DNA of 64,000 bases from a phage: the sequence record OM867527.1; one strand, written 5' to 3'. Position numbers and translations under genes: made by a program. How positions within the stretch are numbered: position 1 is the stretch's first letter; each line of letters starts with the position of its first letter. A model generated the notes under the pieces. That model ran no database searches. It was given only the letters and a program-made list of their open reading frames with translations, and had not been told where the DNA came from. Positions 55,686 through 64,000 of the stretch are shown one piece after another.

Positions 55686-55898
55686 TTAGGAATATAGTTT
55701 GAATAGTTTTACTCCTAGCTCCATTACAAACCAAATTGTATAACCAATAGTTACACCACTGAGTAATGAACTGAAGTAACCCAATACAACAGCAGCAATA
55801 TAATTGTTACTGCTTTTAAGTGCATGCAGTGCTTCTTTACCATTACGCTTCTGCCAACCGTTCATGATTAGCAGGGTTACTAAGATGATAATTTCCAT
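55686..55898 (-). CDS. small membrane protein (70 aa)
   Basis: Hydrophobic helices IIILVTLLIMNGW and VVLGYFSSLLSGVTIGYTIWFV. Confidence 0.4.
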   Translation of the reverse strand: MEIIILVTLLIMNGWQKRNGKEALHALKSSNNYIAAVVLGYFSSLLSGVTIGYTIWFVMELGVKLFKLYS

Positions 55899-56016
55899 TA
55901 GTTGTTTCCTAGGATTGGATGATTGAAGGTTACGATACGACGTACTGATTCAGATGTCTGTTTCTTAGTAGCCAGACGTTCTTTCATCTTTTGCACGTCA
56001 GCTTTAGTTCCCATGA

Positions 56017-56199
56017 TTAATGATTTACGCATGATTTAGTACTCCACATAAAGTTAAAAGGTTTATTGTTACGTACAATTCTTACAACCATTTGATAGCC
56101 ATTGAGTTGCACAACACCATAGTGTCGTTTCTGTACACCAATGTGATACCTACGAAAGATACACTCTTCAATGGCATCTTCTATGTTAGTGAATATCAC
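56017..56199 (-). CDS. hypothetical protein (60 aa)
   Basis: 4-nt overlap with the upstream membrane-protein gene suggests coupling; otherwise unsupported. Confidence 0.3.
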   Translation of the reverse strand: MIFTNIEDAIEECIFRRYHIGVQKRHYGVVQLNGYQMVVRIVRNNKPFNFMWSTKSCVNH

Positions 56200-56414
56200 T
56201 GGTTCCTCTTAGCAAACTTTTCAGCTTCATTAGCCCAGAGTTGCTTACGAACTTCTTTGGCTACAATGGAAGCAAACAGACACTTAACGAATACAACTGG
56301 TAACTTGCAGATAAGTACCAGCTTAGTAATTACCCACTTGGCTCCATTGAGGATGTAACCACGTAGGCGATACAGCACATAGCAGAGTATTACAAACGCA
56401 ATGAAGTCCAACAT
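56196..56414 (-). CDS. small membrane protein (72 aa)
   Basis: N-terminal hydrophobic helix MLDFIAFVILCYVLY. Confidence 0.4.
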   Translation of the reverse strand: MLDFIAFVILCYVLYRLRGYILNGAKWVITKLVLICKLPVVFVKCLFASIVAKEVRKQLWANEAEKFAKRNQ

Positions 56415-56418
56415 AGTC

Positions 56419-56604
56419 TTACGCCTTATGAAGTTTACGGATTTGTTTACGAGTAGGTTTAGCTACAAAGAAGTGGTCATAGCAGTGACCATTTTCATCT
56501 TTTACGGATACCTGCCAACGAGCATTCAGTGTCATCTTACTGCCCCAAGGTTGCAACATAACAATCATCTTCTGTGAGTTATAACGGTTACATAATGTAC
56601 GCAT
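56419..56604 (-). CDS. hypothetical protein (61 aa)
   Basis: Small early-region ORF. Confidence 0.35.
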   Translation of the reverse strand: MRTLCNRYNSQKMIVMLQPWGSKMTLNARWQVSVKDENGHCYDHFFVAKPTRKQIRKLHKA

Positions 56605-56710
56605 AATGGTTACTCCTTCATCTAATATAAATCTATATCTATCTGGTTACTGTTTCAGTACCCTTCGTCTAAAGATACTCAAAAAGTAGAAATAGCTTAT
56701 CGTCTAGTTA

Positions 56711-56738
56711 AAAATAAAAGACTCCCCGAAGGGAGTCT
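56711..56738 (-). terminator. rho-independent terminator (minus strand)
   Basis: AGACTCCC-TTCG-GGGAGTCT on the minus strand followed by TTTTATTTTT. Confidence 0.55.
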
Positions 56739-56747
56739 ATTGATTGA

Positions 56748-57128
56748 TTAGAAAGTCAGTTTACGAGCATATTTATTCTCGTCTGCTGGGATGTCAGCAG
56801 CCTCTGCTTTCACACGACGAAGTTGAACTTGCAGGTTAATGATACCTTCCTCACCTGGTTCCAGGTTCTGAGCATATGCAATTAACTGTTCAAGCAAGTC
56901 ATTCTGTGCACAACGCATAGCACGGAAGTCAGCATTGCTGCTATTAGTAGGCAGCGGTTCCTGAGTATCCAGTGGAATACCAGTAGGCAGAGAGATGAAT
57001 TTCTCATCATCAGAGCCTTCGTTAGCTACATAACCAATGTTCAGCCAGAACTGAGCTTTAGGCTTATCAGTTTTAGCAGTGGTAGCAGCAGCGTTAAATT
57101 GACCGAAAGTGAATTTTTGAATAGACAT
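56748..57128 (-). CDS. hypothetical early protein (~126 aa)
   Basis: Start placed at MSIQKF with a GGAGAG RBS (the longest ORF extends to 57227). Confidence 0.4.
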   Translation of the reverse strand: MSIQKFTFGQFNAAATTAKTDKPKAQFWLNIGYVANEGSDDEKFISLPTGIPLDTQEPLPTNSSNADFRAMRCAQNDLLEQLIAYAQNLEPGEEGIINLQVQLRRVKAEAADIPADENKYARKLTF

Positions 57129-57311
57129 TTTGTACTCTCCAGATAAATGATTGTTTGATTTATGGGTTTGTCCGTCGGTGACTAAACCCAAGAAAAGACT
57201 TAGGATTTCGATAAGAAGTGGATTCATTCTTATCCTTTAGACGCGGAGCGTCTTGGTTTTTAGAAGTAGAAGTAAAGTAGATAGTTATCTACTTTTGACT
57301 ATCTATCTAAT

Positions 57312-57342
57312 GTTCAAAACAGGAGACTCCGAAGAGTCTCCT
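57312..57342 (-). terminator. rho-independent terminator (minus strand)
   Basis: 9-bp stem AGGAGACTC/GAGTCTCCT with a 4-nt loop, then TGTTTTGAAC on the minus strand. Confidence 0.45.
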
Positions 57343-57349
57343 AAGTGGC

Positions 57350-57673
57350 TTAGTCTTTAGTCAGGATGTCAATTACTTTGGAATATTCTGCGTTATAGAT
57401 ACGAGCGTTCTCTGAATCCTTGCAGAATTCCTCAATACTTTTCTTACGCAGAGTCTCAGTCATAGCTGTTTCCTCTGCCAGTTTATTAACAAAGGTATGC
57501 ATTTCTAATTTAGTACGAATGGCTTGTTTCTCTGCCATAGTACTTACATATGAATTAAGCATACCTACTGCTTTAGTTGCTGTACTGAATGTATCTGCAA
57601 CAGTAGTAGCAGCTGAGTTAACAGTACCAAGTAAAGTTCCTGCGGTCATACGTACAGTAGCTTGAGTAGTCAT
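57350..57673 (-). CDS. hypothetical early protein (107 aa)
   Basis: Thr/Ala-rich N-terminus; sits downstream of the 550-bp structured intergenic region. Confidence 0.4.
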   Translation of the reverse strand: MTTQATVRMTAGTLLGTVNSAATTVADTFSTATKAVGMLNSYVSTMAEKQAIRTKLEMHTFVNKLAEETAMTETLRKKSIEEFCKDSENARIYNAEYSKVIDILTKD

Positions 57674-58222
57674 GATGATAGCTCCAATAGTTGATGATAG
57701 GACGACATGTCCATAACATGCGGAGCATGTGTAACGTGTAAGGTGGGGTAGGGTAGTGGCTACACCGTCAACATACCGGGGGGGCTAGTTGAGTGTAAGG
57801 GTGTAGCCCCAGCCACACCACTATAGCCATGCATAACTATCACAATTTTGACATGCAAAAATATTATAGGCACTGTCTCTATAAGCAGATAACTTTGAGG
57901 TACTAACATGAAAGATGGATGGGGTAACTACAATCCTACAGACCCTGAGAACTGGTTGCACTTTATTGCCTGTGCTTGTGCTGTAGGATTCATAGGTATT
58001 GTACTCTTGTCACTGGTTCTACCTTATTTATAAATACTATGGGGGATATCTATCTATCCCCTATTCATCGTAGCGTTTGATACTTAAAACCTCATATAGC
58101 CTACCATTTACAAGCAATGGTCCACCTACTTCTATGAAAGCTAGGCTGTGTACTATCACTGGTTCAGAGGAATAATGCAGTAAGTTAGTACCTTTCATTC
58201 CTAATAGTTTAACGTTCATGCT

Positions 58223-58507
58223 TCAGTACCTTTCCTTATAGATTGGGGTGTTGTTCTCGAAGGATAGGATGTACTTGTCTGTATTGAGATGCCAAGGGCT
58301 AAAGCTACCCTGCCAGGACATTGGTGTACCTGGTTCAAGTAGATGTACTACCGAATTCTTATTGTATAGGAAGAGTAATCCTTGTATCTCATGTAGGGAC
58401 TGTTCATCTGGAACCAGGATAAGTACATCAGCATTCAGGTCAGCTATTTCTTTATGGAGGATGTAATTTTCCCCATTAGGCTCTGGATAAATTTTACTGA
58501 TAACCAT
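58223..58507 (-). CDS. early small protein, paralog family member (94 aa)
   Basis: Shares the motif VLILVPDEQSLHEIQGLLFL and an MxIxxIY-type N-terminus with four neighbouring ORFs. Confidence 0.5.
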   Translation of the reverse strand: MVISKIYPEPNGENYILHKEIADLNADVLILVPDEQSLHEIQGLLFLYNKNSVVHLLEPGTPMSWQGSFSPWHLNTDKYILSFENNTPIYKERY

Positions 58508-58827
58508 TAGAGACTCTTGCCGCTAGATAAATATGAGGTAGAAGGGTAGAGGGTAATAAGCCTGCCAGTTAAGGTAGTTACTACCATAGGTTCATTTTCA
58601 GAGAGTATGTACACGGAGGTGTGTTCCGGTATTTCCACGGAATCTACTATCTTAATGAATTGGATAGGTTGCCCTAACATTAAGCAAGTACCTATGAACA
58701 CATCTGCTTCTTCACTTGGCTCATACAAGATGGCAGTAACTCTACCCTTACCTGCCAGAATATTATCCAATGTGTATGGGGATAAATAGCAAGTAGTGGC
58801 AAAGCTAATCAGGCAATACAGGTGCAT
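58507..58827 (-). CDS. early small protein, divergent paralog family member (106 aa)
   Basis: TAILYEPSEEADVFIGTCLMLG aligns to the family motif but lacks the His-Glu pair. Confidence 0.4.
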   Translation of the reverse strand: MHLYCLISFATTCYLSPYTLDNILAGKGRVTAILYEPSEEADVFIGTCLMLGQPIQFIKIVDSVEIPEHTSVYILSENEPMVVTTLTGRLITLYPSTSYLSSGKSL

Positions 58828-58830
58828 ATC

Positions 58831-59145
58831 TTACTTCCTTACATAGTAGTAACGGTATTCCCCCTTCTCATAACGACTCTCCCACTGATAGTCATCAGAT
58901 ACCATCATGTATGGGATAGGGTCATTAGCGTTATAGTTGGTATAGACAGAAGGAGGAATGATACATACAACCTTACGATCAATACCTGCTAAGAAAAGTT
59001 GACCCCTTACTTCATGGTAGTCCTCTAGAGCAGGAACTAAGATTACTTGATGAGGATTACTGCATATGACTTCTTCTAAAGTGAAGTCAGTTGTATACAT
59101 AGGCTCCCTTTCATCATAGCTGGGGATGGTCATTATGAATTTCAT
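58831..59145 (-). CDS. early small protein, paralog family member (~105 aa)
   Basis: Motif VILVPALEDYHEVRGQLFLAG; start placed at MKFIMTI with an AAGGA RBS (longest ORF starts at 59208). Confidence 0.5.
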   Translation of the reverse strand: MKFIMTIPSYDEREPMYTTDFTLEEVICSNPHQVILVPALEDYHEVRGQLFLAGIDRKVVCIIPPSVYTNYNANDPIPYMMVSDDYQWESRYEKGEYRYYYVRK

Positions 59146-59509
59146 GATTGATTTTCCTTCCTTTAGGGATAGGTCTGAAGTAAATGGAAAGTGTTTTATT
59201 AAAGACATTATGGGCAGCTATCAATTCCCAACCAGGTATTTTATAGAAACGTATACCAGGGAAGAACTCTTTGAAACCGTCATAACAGGTGAGGTCATAC
59301 ACCTTTGGTTCGGTAAGTATCTCGGTATTGAGTTGTAGGTTTGCTAAGAAGAGAGAGCCAACAATCTCATGGGATTCTTCACAGTTAGGTAAGAACACAG
59401 ATTGCCAGGGAGCAATGAACTTACTTACTGTTTCTGGTTCCCCAAGTAGATAAGGTTCTTGCTTATGAAGTACTCCGGTAATATCAATATCAAAAGCGTA
59501 GATGCTCAT
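59114..59509 (-). CDS. early small protein, paralog family member (131 aa)
   Basis: Motif SVFLPNCEESHEIVGSLFLANL; AGGAGG RBS; preceded by a hairpin and U-tract. Confidence 0.5.
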   Translation of the reverse strand: MSIYAFDIDITGVLHKQEPYLLGEPETVSKFIAPWQSVFLPNCEESHEIVGSLFLANLQLNTEILTEPKVYDLTCYDGFKEFFPGIRFYKIPGWELIAAHNVFNKTLSIYFRPIPKGRKINHEIHNDHPQL

Positions 59510-59523
59510 ATTTGCATACCTCC

Positions 59524-59561
59524 TGAAAAAGAAATGGGGTAGAGCCTCTCGACTCTACCCC
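59524..59561 (-). terminator. hairpin plus U-tract directly upstream of an early gene (terminator/attenuator-like)
   Basis: 9-bp stem GGGGTAGAG/CTCTACCCC with an 8-nt loop; on the minus strand it is followed by ATTTCTTTTTC, then AGGAGG and the ATG of gene 59114-59509. Confidence 0.4.
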
Positions 59562-59709
59562 TTACCGTTTTCTATCACGGGTCAGTTCATCACCCTAGAT
59601 ACATGTGTATCGTTAGCCTACTAGGTAGGAAAGGAGCCGGGCAACCCTGACTGTAGAAGTTATTAACTCTTTACGAGTACCGCCACTGTCTACTAGGCGG
59701 CATGACTAA

Positions 59710-60000
59710 TCACATCGTCACCGTCATCCGAACACTGTCTTTGCTTCGCCTGACGGAGACACTATGAGGTAATTTTGTGAAGAACACAAGAGCTGAAAGG
59801 CGTTTTTCTAAAGAGTAAGTTTCTCTTGGTTCTAAGATTTTAATGCCTGGACGATTCTCTAAAAGCATCATCCCAGCTAATTCATGGTAGGTGTCTTCAT
59901 CATGTGTGATAATAATGTCATCTGAGAGAATACCAGCTTTAGTGTGGTCTAGTTCTTTGTATTCATCTTTAGAGTCCTGGACTCTCATATAGATTCTCAA
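59710..60000 (-). CDS. early small protein, paralog family member (96 aa); first gene of the minus block
   Basis: Motif DIIITHDEDTYHELAGMMLLEN and N-terminus MRIYMRV match the family. Confidence 0.45.
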   Translation of the reverse strand: MRIYMRVQDSKDEYKELDHTKAGILSDDIIITHDEDTYHELAGMMLLENRPGIKILEPRETYSLEKRLSALVFFTKLPHSVSVRRSKDSVRMTVTM

Positions 60001-60171
60001 AGGTTACTCCTTTTAGTAATAGGGTCATCGGAACATTACATACTATACAGTATCATGAACTTTTTCTATATCATGACTAAAGTGTAACTGTATGGTATCG
60101 TTTCTTCAAGGGGTAACTCACCCCAAGAAAAGAATCTTCTTTAATAGACATAACTTTGTAGCGAGATAAGT

Positions 60172-60861
60172 ATGAGTGAATTAACTAAGCAGCAGATTAT
60201 TAATGCCTTACCTGCTAACTTCAAAAACAGTGTGACCCAGGAGTTGGTAGACACGATTAACAACATTACCCAAGACCAACTGGTTGCTGAGTCCTTCCGT
60301 GAAAACTTTATCTCCTACTCTGGTGTAATGAAGGAAGGTAAGTTTAAGACGCAGGACTACATGAATGCAGTTCAGTATGTGACTTACAAACATATGGGCT
60401 ACTCAAATAAGGAAGCCTACTTCAAGACATTCCCTAACCGACAAGCAGAACTCGTAGCACGAGGAACCAGTGAGAAAGATATTAGTGCTTATGTATCTGC
60501 TTATCACAGAGGTAAGCTAGTTAACCTCATCATGGAACAAAGTTTGGTTCCAGTGTGGATTGTGAACCAGGACAATTATCAGAAGGCTATCAATGTTCAG
60601 GTTGAACTGATGACTACAGCAGTAAGTGAGAAAGTAAGATGTGATGCAGCTAACTCTATCCTTACTCACTTAGCTAAACCAAAGGATCAGGTAACAAATA
60701 TCAATCTGGACTTGAGAGAGAACTCTGGATTAACTGACCTCAAGGCAACACTTGCTGCATTAGCTGAACAGCAAATCAGTGCAATCAATAGTGGTGTACC
60801 TACCAAAGAGGTTGCTGGTTCTAAACTAGTACGTGCAGATGAGGACATTACAGATGTCTGA
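60172..60861 (+). CDS. putative terminase small subunit (229 aa)
   Basis: Directly upstream of the terminase large subunit with an overlapping stop/start; no motif verified. Confidence 0.35.
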   Translation: MSELTKQQIINALPANFKNSVTQELVDTINNITQDQLVAESFRENFISYSGVMKEGKFKTQDYMNAVQYVTYKHMGYSNKEAYFKTFPNRQAELVARGTSEKDISAYVSAYHRGKLVNLIMEQSLVPVWIVNQDNYQKAINVQVELMTTAVSEKVRCDAANSILTHLAKPKDQVTNINLDLRENSGLTDLKATLAALAEQQISAINSGVPTKEVAGSKLVRADEDITDV

Positions 60862-62443
60862 GTTAATTAAACAGGAACTTGACGAATGGCTAGACCAGGT
60901 GGATTACTCCCACCTAAATTCTTCCAATTATGTTCCTAGTCAGTTTGCTCTTACCTTTGCCAACTTTATTAAGTTGGTTAATGGCAAAGAGGGTGAATCC
61001 AACAAAACACCTCCAGTTCACCTGAAGATGTTGGATAAGATGATTAGCCCTAACCAGTATGTAGTTAACCTGTGCTTCCGTGGTGCAGGTAAGACTGCTG
61101 TATTCATGGAATACTTTACTTTATTCCTGGCAGTGTTTGGGCATTTACCAAGCCTGGGTAAGGTAGAAGGAATGATTTACGTATCTGACTCAATGGATAA
61201 CGGTGCTAAGTCTGCACGTAAAAACATTGAGTTTCGTTACAAGAATAGTGAGTTCCTTCAGCAATGGATACCTGAAGCTACCTTTACGGATAACCTACTG
61301 GAGTTCCGTAATGTAGAAGGACATCGGCTTGGTGTTAAGCTGTTTGGTGCTAAGACAGGTCTTCGTGGTACGAAGATATATGGTAAGCGTCCAACACTCT
61401 GTGTACTGGATGACTTGATTAGTGATGGTGATGCTAACTCCAAGACGAGTATGGAAGCTATTAAAGACACCGTTTATAAAGGTGTGAACCATGCTCTTGA
61501 CCCAACCCGTCGTAAAGTAATCTTCAACGGTACTCCCTTTAATAAGGAAGATATCATCATTGAAGCAGTAGAGTCTGGTGCATGGGATGTCAACGTGTGG
61601 CCTGTGTGTGAGAAGTTCCCCTGTAGTAGGGAAGAATTTCAGGGTGCATGGGATGACCGTTTCTCTTACGACTACATTAAAGCCCAATACGACATGGCAG
61701 TTAAAACAGGTAAGCTGGCAGGCTTCTATCAGGAACTTATGCTTCGTATCAGTTCAGAGGATGAGAGACTGGTTCAGGATAGTGAAATTAGATGGTATAG
61801 CAGACAGCAACTGTTAAGGATGAAGTCCTGCTACAACTATTACATTACAACCGACTTTGCTACTTCGGAGAAACAGACCAGTGACTATAGTGTCATATCA
61901 GTTTGGGCTTATAGTTCTAATGGAGATTGGTTCTGGGTTGATGGTGTGGCTAATCGTCAGCTTATGGATAAAAACTTTGATGACCTGTTCCGTCTGGTTC
62001 AAGAATACCAACCACAAAACGTTGGGGTCGAAATCACGGGGCAGCAAGGTGGATTCATTTCCCTTCTTCAGAAAGAAATGATTAACCGTAATGTCTTCTT
62101 TAACTTTGCATCCTCTGAGGGTGGTAAGCCAGGCATCCGTCCTGTAACTTCTAAGCTGTCACGCTTTAACCTGGTAGTTCCCTGGTTCAAAGCTGGTAAG
62201 ATGTACTTCCCAGAAGAGTTGAGAGATTCAACTATTATGGGTCTGTTCATGGGCCAGATTAAACTAGCTACCATTAATGGAATTAAAGGTAAGGATGACT
62301 GTATTGATACTATCTCCATGCTGGGTTATCTCAATCCTTGGAAACCGCAAGCAGGTATGACTATGGTGGATAACAAGGGTGACCCAATGTGGGATGATGA
62401 AGAAGAAGATAGTGTTAACCCACTACGTTCATACATTGTGTGA
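60854..62443 (+). CDS. terminase large subunit (N4 gp68-like)
   Basis: Walker-A-like CFRGAGKT, Walker B LCVLDDLISD, and a C-terminal acidic nuclease-type region (YYITTDFATSE...). Start placed at the ATG with a GAGGA RBS that overlaps the upstream stop (longest ORF starts at 60833). Confidence 0.8.
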   Translation: MSELIKQELDEWLDQVDYSHLNSSNYVPSQFALTFANFIKLVNGKEGESNKTPPVHLKMLDKMISPNQYVVNLCFRGAGKTAVFMEYFTLFLAVFGHLPSLGKVEGMIYVSDSMDNGAKSARKNIEFRYKNSEFLQQWIPEATFTDNLLEFRNVEGHRLGVKLFGAKTGLRGTKIYGKRPTLCVLDDLISDGDANSKTSMEAIKDTVYKGVNHALDPTRRKVIFNGTPFNKEDIIIEAVESGAWDVNVWPVCEKFPCSREEFQGAWDDRFSYDYIKAQYDMAVKTGKLAGFYQELMLRISSEDERLVQDSEIRWYSRQQLLRMKSCYNYYITTDFATSEKQTSDYSVISVWAYSSNGDWFWVDGVANRQLMDKNFDDLFRLVQEYQPQNVGVEITGQQGGFISLLQKEMINRNVFFNFASSEGGKPGIRPVTSKLSRFNLVVPWFKAGKMYFPEELRDSTIMGLFMGQIKLATINGIKGKDDCIDTISMLGYLNPWKPQAGMTMVDNKGDPMWDDEEEDSVNPLRSYIV

Positions 62444-62449
62444 GGAACC

Positions 62450-63160
62450 ATGCAAAAATTATCGGAAGTATATCGTGGTTTGGCACTAAGTACCTTAAAG
62501 GGTACTGGTGCAGTCACGGATAACAGATTAGATATTGAACCAGATAGTAAGCCTGAGATACTGGCTGCTATTAATGAGGGGCTGGTACGACTACATAGTC
62601 GTTTCCCTTTGAGGACTAATAGCTGCATTGTGGAGATGAAGGAAGGTCGTACTGATTATCCTCTTCAATCCAGATATGCTTACTCCAGATTTACTAAGCC
62701 TACTCTTGAGATTCAATATCCATACATCATGGATGGGTTCATGAAACCTTTCCAGGATGATGTTATTAAAATCCTAAATGTGTTTGATAACTCAGGGAAT
62801 CGACGTAGACTGAACGACGATTCAGACCCTCATGCAATTTTCACTCCTCGGCCTGATACTATTCAGTGTATGCGACCTCGACACTTCGAGGCACTTAACG
62901 TAACTTATCAAGCTAAGCACCCAGTACTTACGGGTGATGAAGAACAGGAAGTTGACTTAGCAGACACGCTAATGACAGCACTTCATAACTGGGTGGGTTA
63001 TCGTTACCACACTGGTTTGAATACTCCGGAAGCTAATGCTAAGGCAGCAGAGTATCTGCAAACATATGAAAGCATCTGTGGTGAGGTTGTTGATTACGAC
63101 CTAGCTAATGGAAGTATTTCAATTACCGAAACTAAATTTGAACAACGAGGATGGCGATGA
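62450..63160 (+). CDS. hypothetical virion-module protein (236 aa)
   Basis: ORF immediately downstream of the terminase in the late block. Confidence 0.45.
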   Translation: MQKLSEVYRGLALSTLKGTGAVTDNRLDIEPDSKPEILAAINEGLVRLHSRFPLRTNSCIVEMKEGRTDYPLQSRYAYSRFTKPTLEIQYPYIMDGFMKPFQDDVIKILNVFDNSGNRRRLNDDSDPHAIFTPRPDTIQCMRPRHFEALNVTYQAKHPVLTGDEEQEVDLADTLMTALHNWVGYRYHTGLNTPEANAKAAEYLQTYESICGEVVDYDLANGSISITETKFEQRGWR

Positions 63161-64000
63161 ACGCACATACCCCCTTTGATGCAAATAAGGATTGGACCAA
63201 TCCTTACTGCCAGAATAGTTCCAATGACCCGATGGTAGATGCACTGCTCGGTAATGCTTACCATGTGGTTCGTACTGTGTACTGCAACCTGGGTAATCTT
63301 AAACTCATTTATGATTTCTTGAATAAATACGGAATGGTGTTAGGTGTTCAATCAGAAACTGAACTGAAGGCCATGCCTACCAGTGCATCTTATGTACGAC
63401 TGTATGGTTTTGATAATACTCTTAAAAGAGTTGTTACAGACTATCTGTATGTAGAGGGTGACCGTACTGGTGTAATTCCAGATGACCCTTCCGCTACTGG
63501 TTCCTGGATTTTGGTTGCCACTTCTAATTCAGACAGTGGGGGAGATGATGGTGAAGGTAAAGCATCGCCACCGTATATTCCATACTCATACAATAATGGT
63601 TCTGCTATCGGTGGTGAAACCACTATTCCAGTGCCTGCTGGTACGATTGGCGTGCCGATGATTGTAATTAACGGCTATACCAACTTAGTTGGTTATGGTT
63701 TTACTTATGATGCATCTACACTAACTGTTACTCTGGCTCAACCATTAGAACCAGGTGATGAAGTACACCTGTTCTTAACTGGTACTCCAGCAGTTCCTAA
63801 TAACCCTAATGTGTCTGACTGGGTTCAGATTAACTGGTTGTATAACGGTGGGTATGCTTCGGGTGGCGAGCAAGTAATTGCTATTCCTTACACATTTGAA
63901 TCTGTACCGGCTATCTATAAGAATGGTGAACGTTACTACGCAGGTTTAGCAGATAAGTCTTATGCAGTTGATGCTGCTAACCAACGCATCCTATTGACTG
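63157..64000 (+). CDS. tail/virion protein, 5' portion only (3'-truncated by window end)
   Basis: ATG at 63157 overlaps the upstream stop (ATGA); frame 1 stays open to the window end by my manual translation; Gly/Thr/Asn-rich. Absent from the ORF track because it is not closed. Confidence 0.5.
   Translation, partial: MNAHTPFDANKDWTNPYCQNSSNDPMVDALLGNAYHVVRTVYCNLGNLKLIYDFLNKYGMVLGVQSETELKAMPTSASYVRLYGFDNTLKRVVTDYLYVEGDRTGVIPDDPSATGSWILVATSNSDSGGDDGEGKASPPYIPYSYNNGSAIGGETTIPVPAGTIGVPMIVINGYTNLVGYGFTYDASTLTVTLAQPLEPGDEVHLFLTGTPAVPNNPNVSDWVQINWLYNGGYASGGEQVIAIPYTFESVPAIYKNGERYYAGLADKSYAVDAANQRILLT

Noticed and set aside
57129-57227. N-terminal extension [14 protein letters not shown]... of ORF 56748-57227
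   Set aside because: A GGAGAG RBS precedes the internal MSIQKF start and the extension looks like translated intergenic sequence, so I annotated the shorter gene.
57848-57870. Sigma70-like promoter (TTGACA ... TATTAT) upstream of the plus-strand micro-ORF
   Set aside because: The spacer between the -35-like hexamer and the best -10-like hexamer is only about 8-9 bp, far from the 16-18 bp optimum, so I do not call it a promoter.
1-64000. CRISPR array, integrase/attachment site or lysogeny module
   Set aside because: No regularly spaced direct repeats, no tyrosine or serine recombinase-like ORF and no repressor/anti-repressor switch; the gene content is that of a lytic N4-like phage.

Overview
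This window reads as most of the genome of an N4-like (Schitoviridae-type) lytic podophage, on a contig whose start is rotated relative to the physical genome ends. Coordinates 1-22931 (+) carry the virion module: portal, scaffold-like protein, major capsid protein, several virion/ejection proteins, and a 3600-aa virion RNA polymerase (vRNAP) whose T/DxxGR, A, B and C motifs can be read directly. Coordinates 23041-60000 (-) carry early and middle genes: a tandem family of five small paralogous early genes, many small translationally coupled ORFs, a split T7-like RNAP II with an HNH-like ORF between its two subunit genes, a MoxR AAA / vWA pair, dCTP deaminase, ThyX, rIIA/rIIB-like proteins, SF1 helicase, family A DNA polymerase, PD-(D/E)xK nuclease, AEP-like primase, Sak4-like ATPase, SSB and a RuvC-like protein. 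Coordinates 60172-64000 (+) restart the late module with the terminase small and large subunits and a 5' partial tail gene. The most unusual signals are the early paralog array (58.2-60.0 kb), a 1.9-kb ORF-free island with degenerate tRNA-like elements (23.4-25.3 kb), the HNH-like insertion in the RNAP II locus, and a structured 550-bp intergenic region (57.7-58.2 kb). I found no CRISPR array, integrase or lysogeny module. All functional calls rest on motifs read by eye and on recalled family knowledge; no database search was run.
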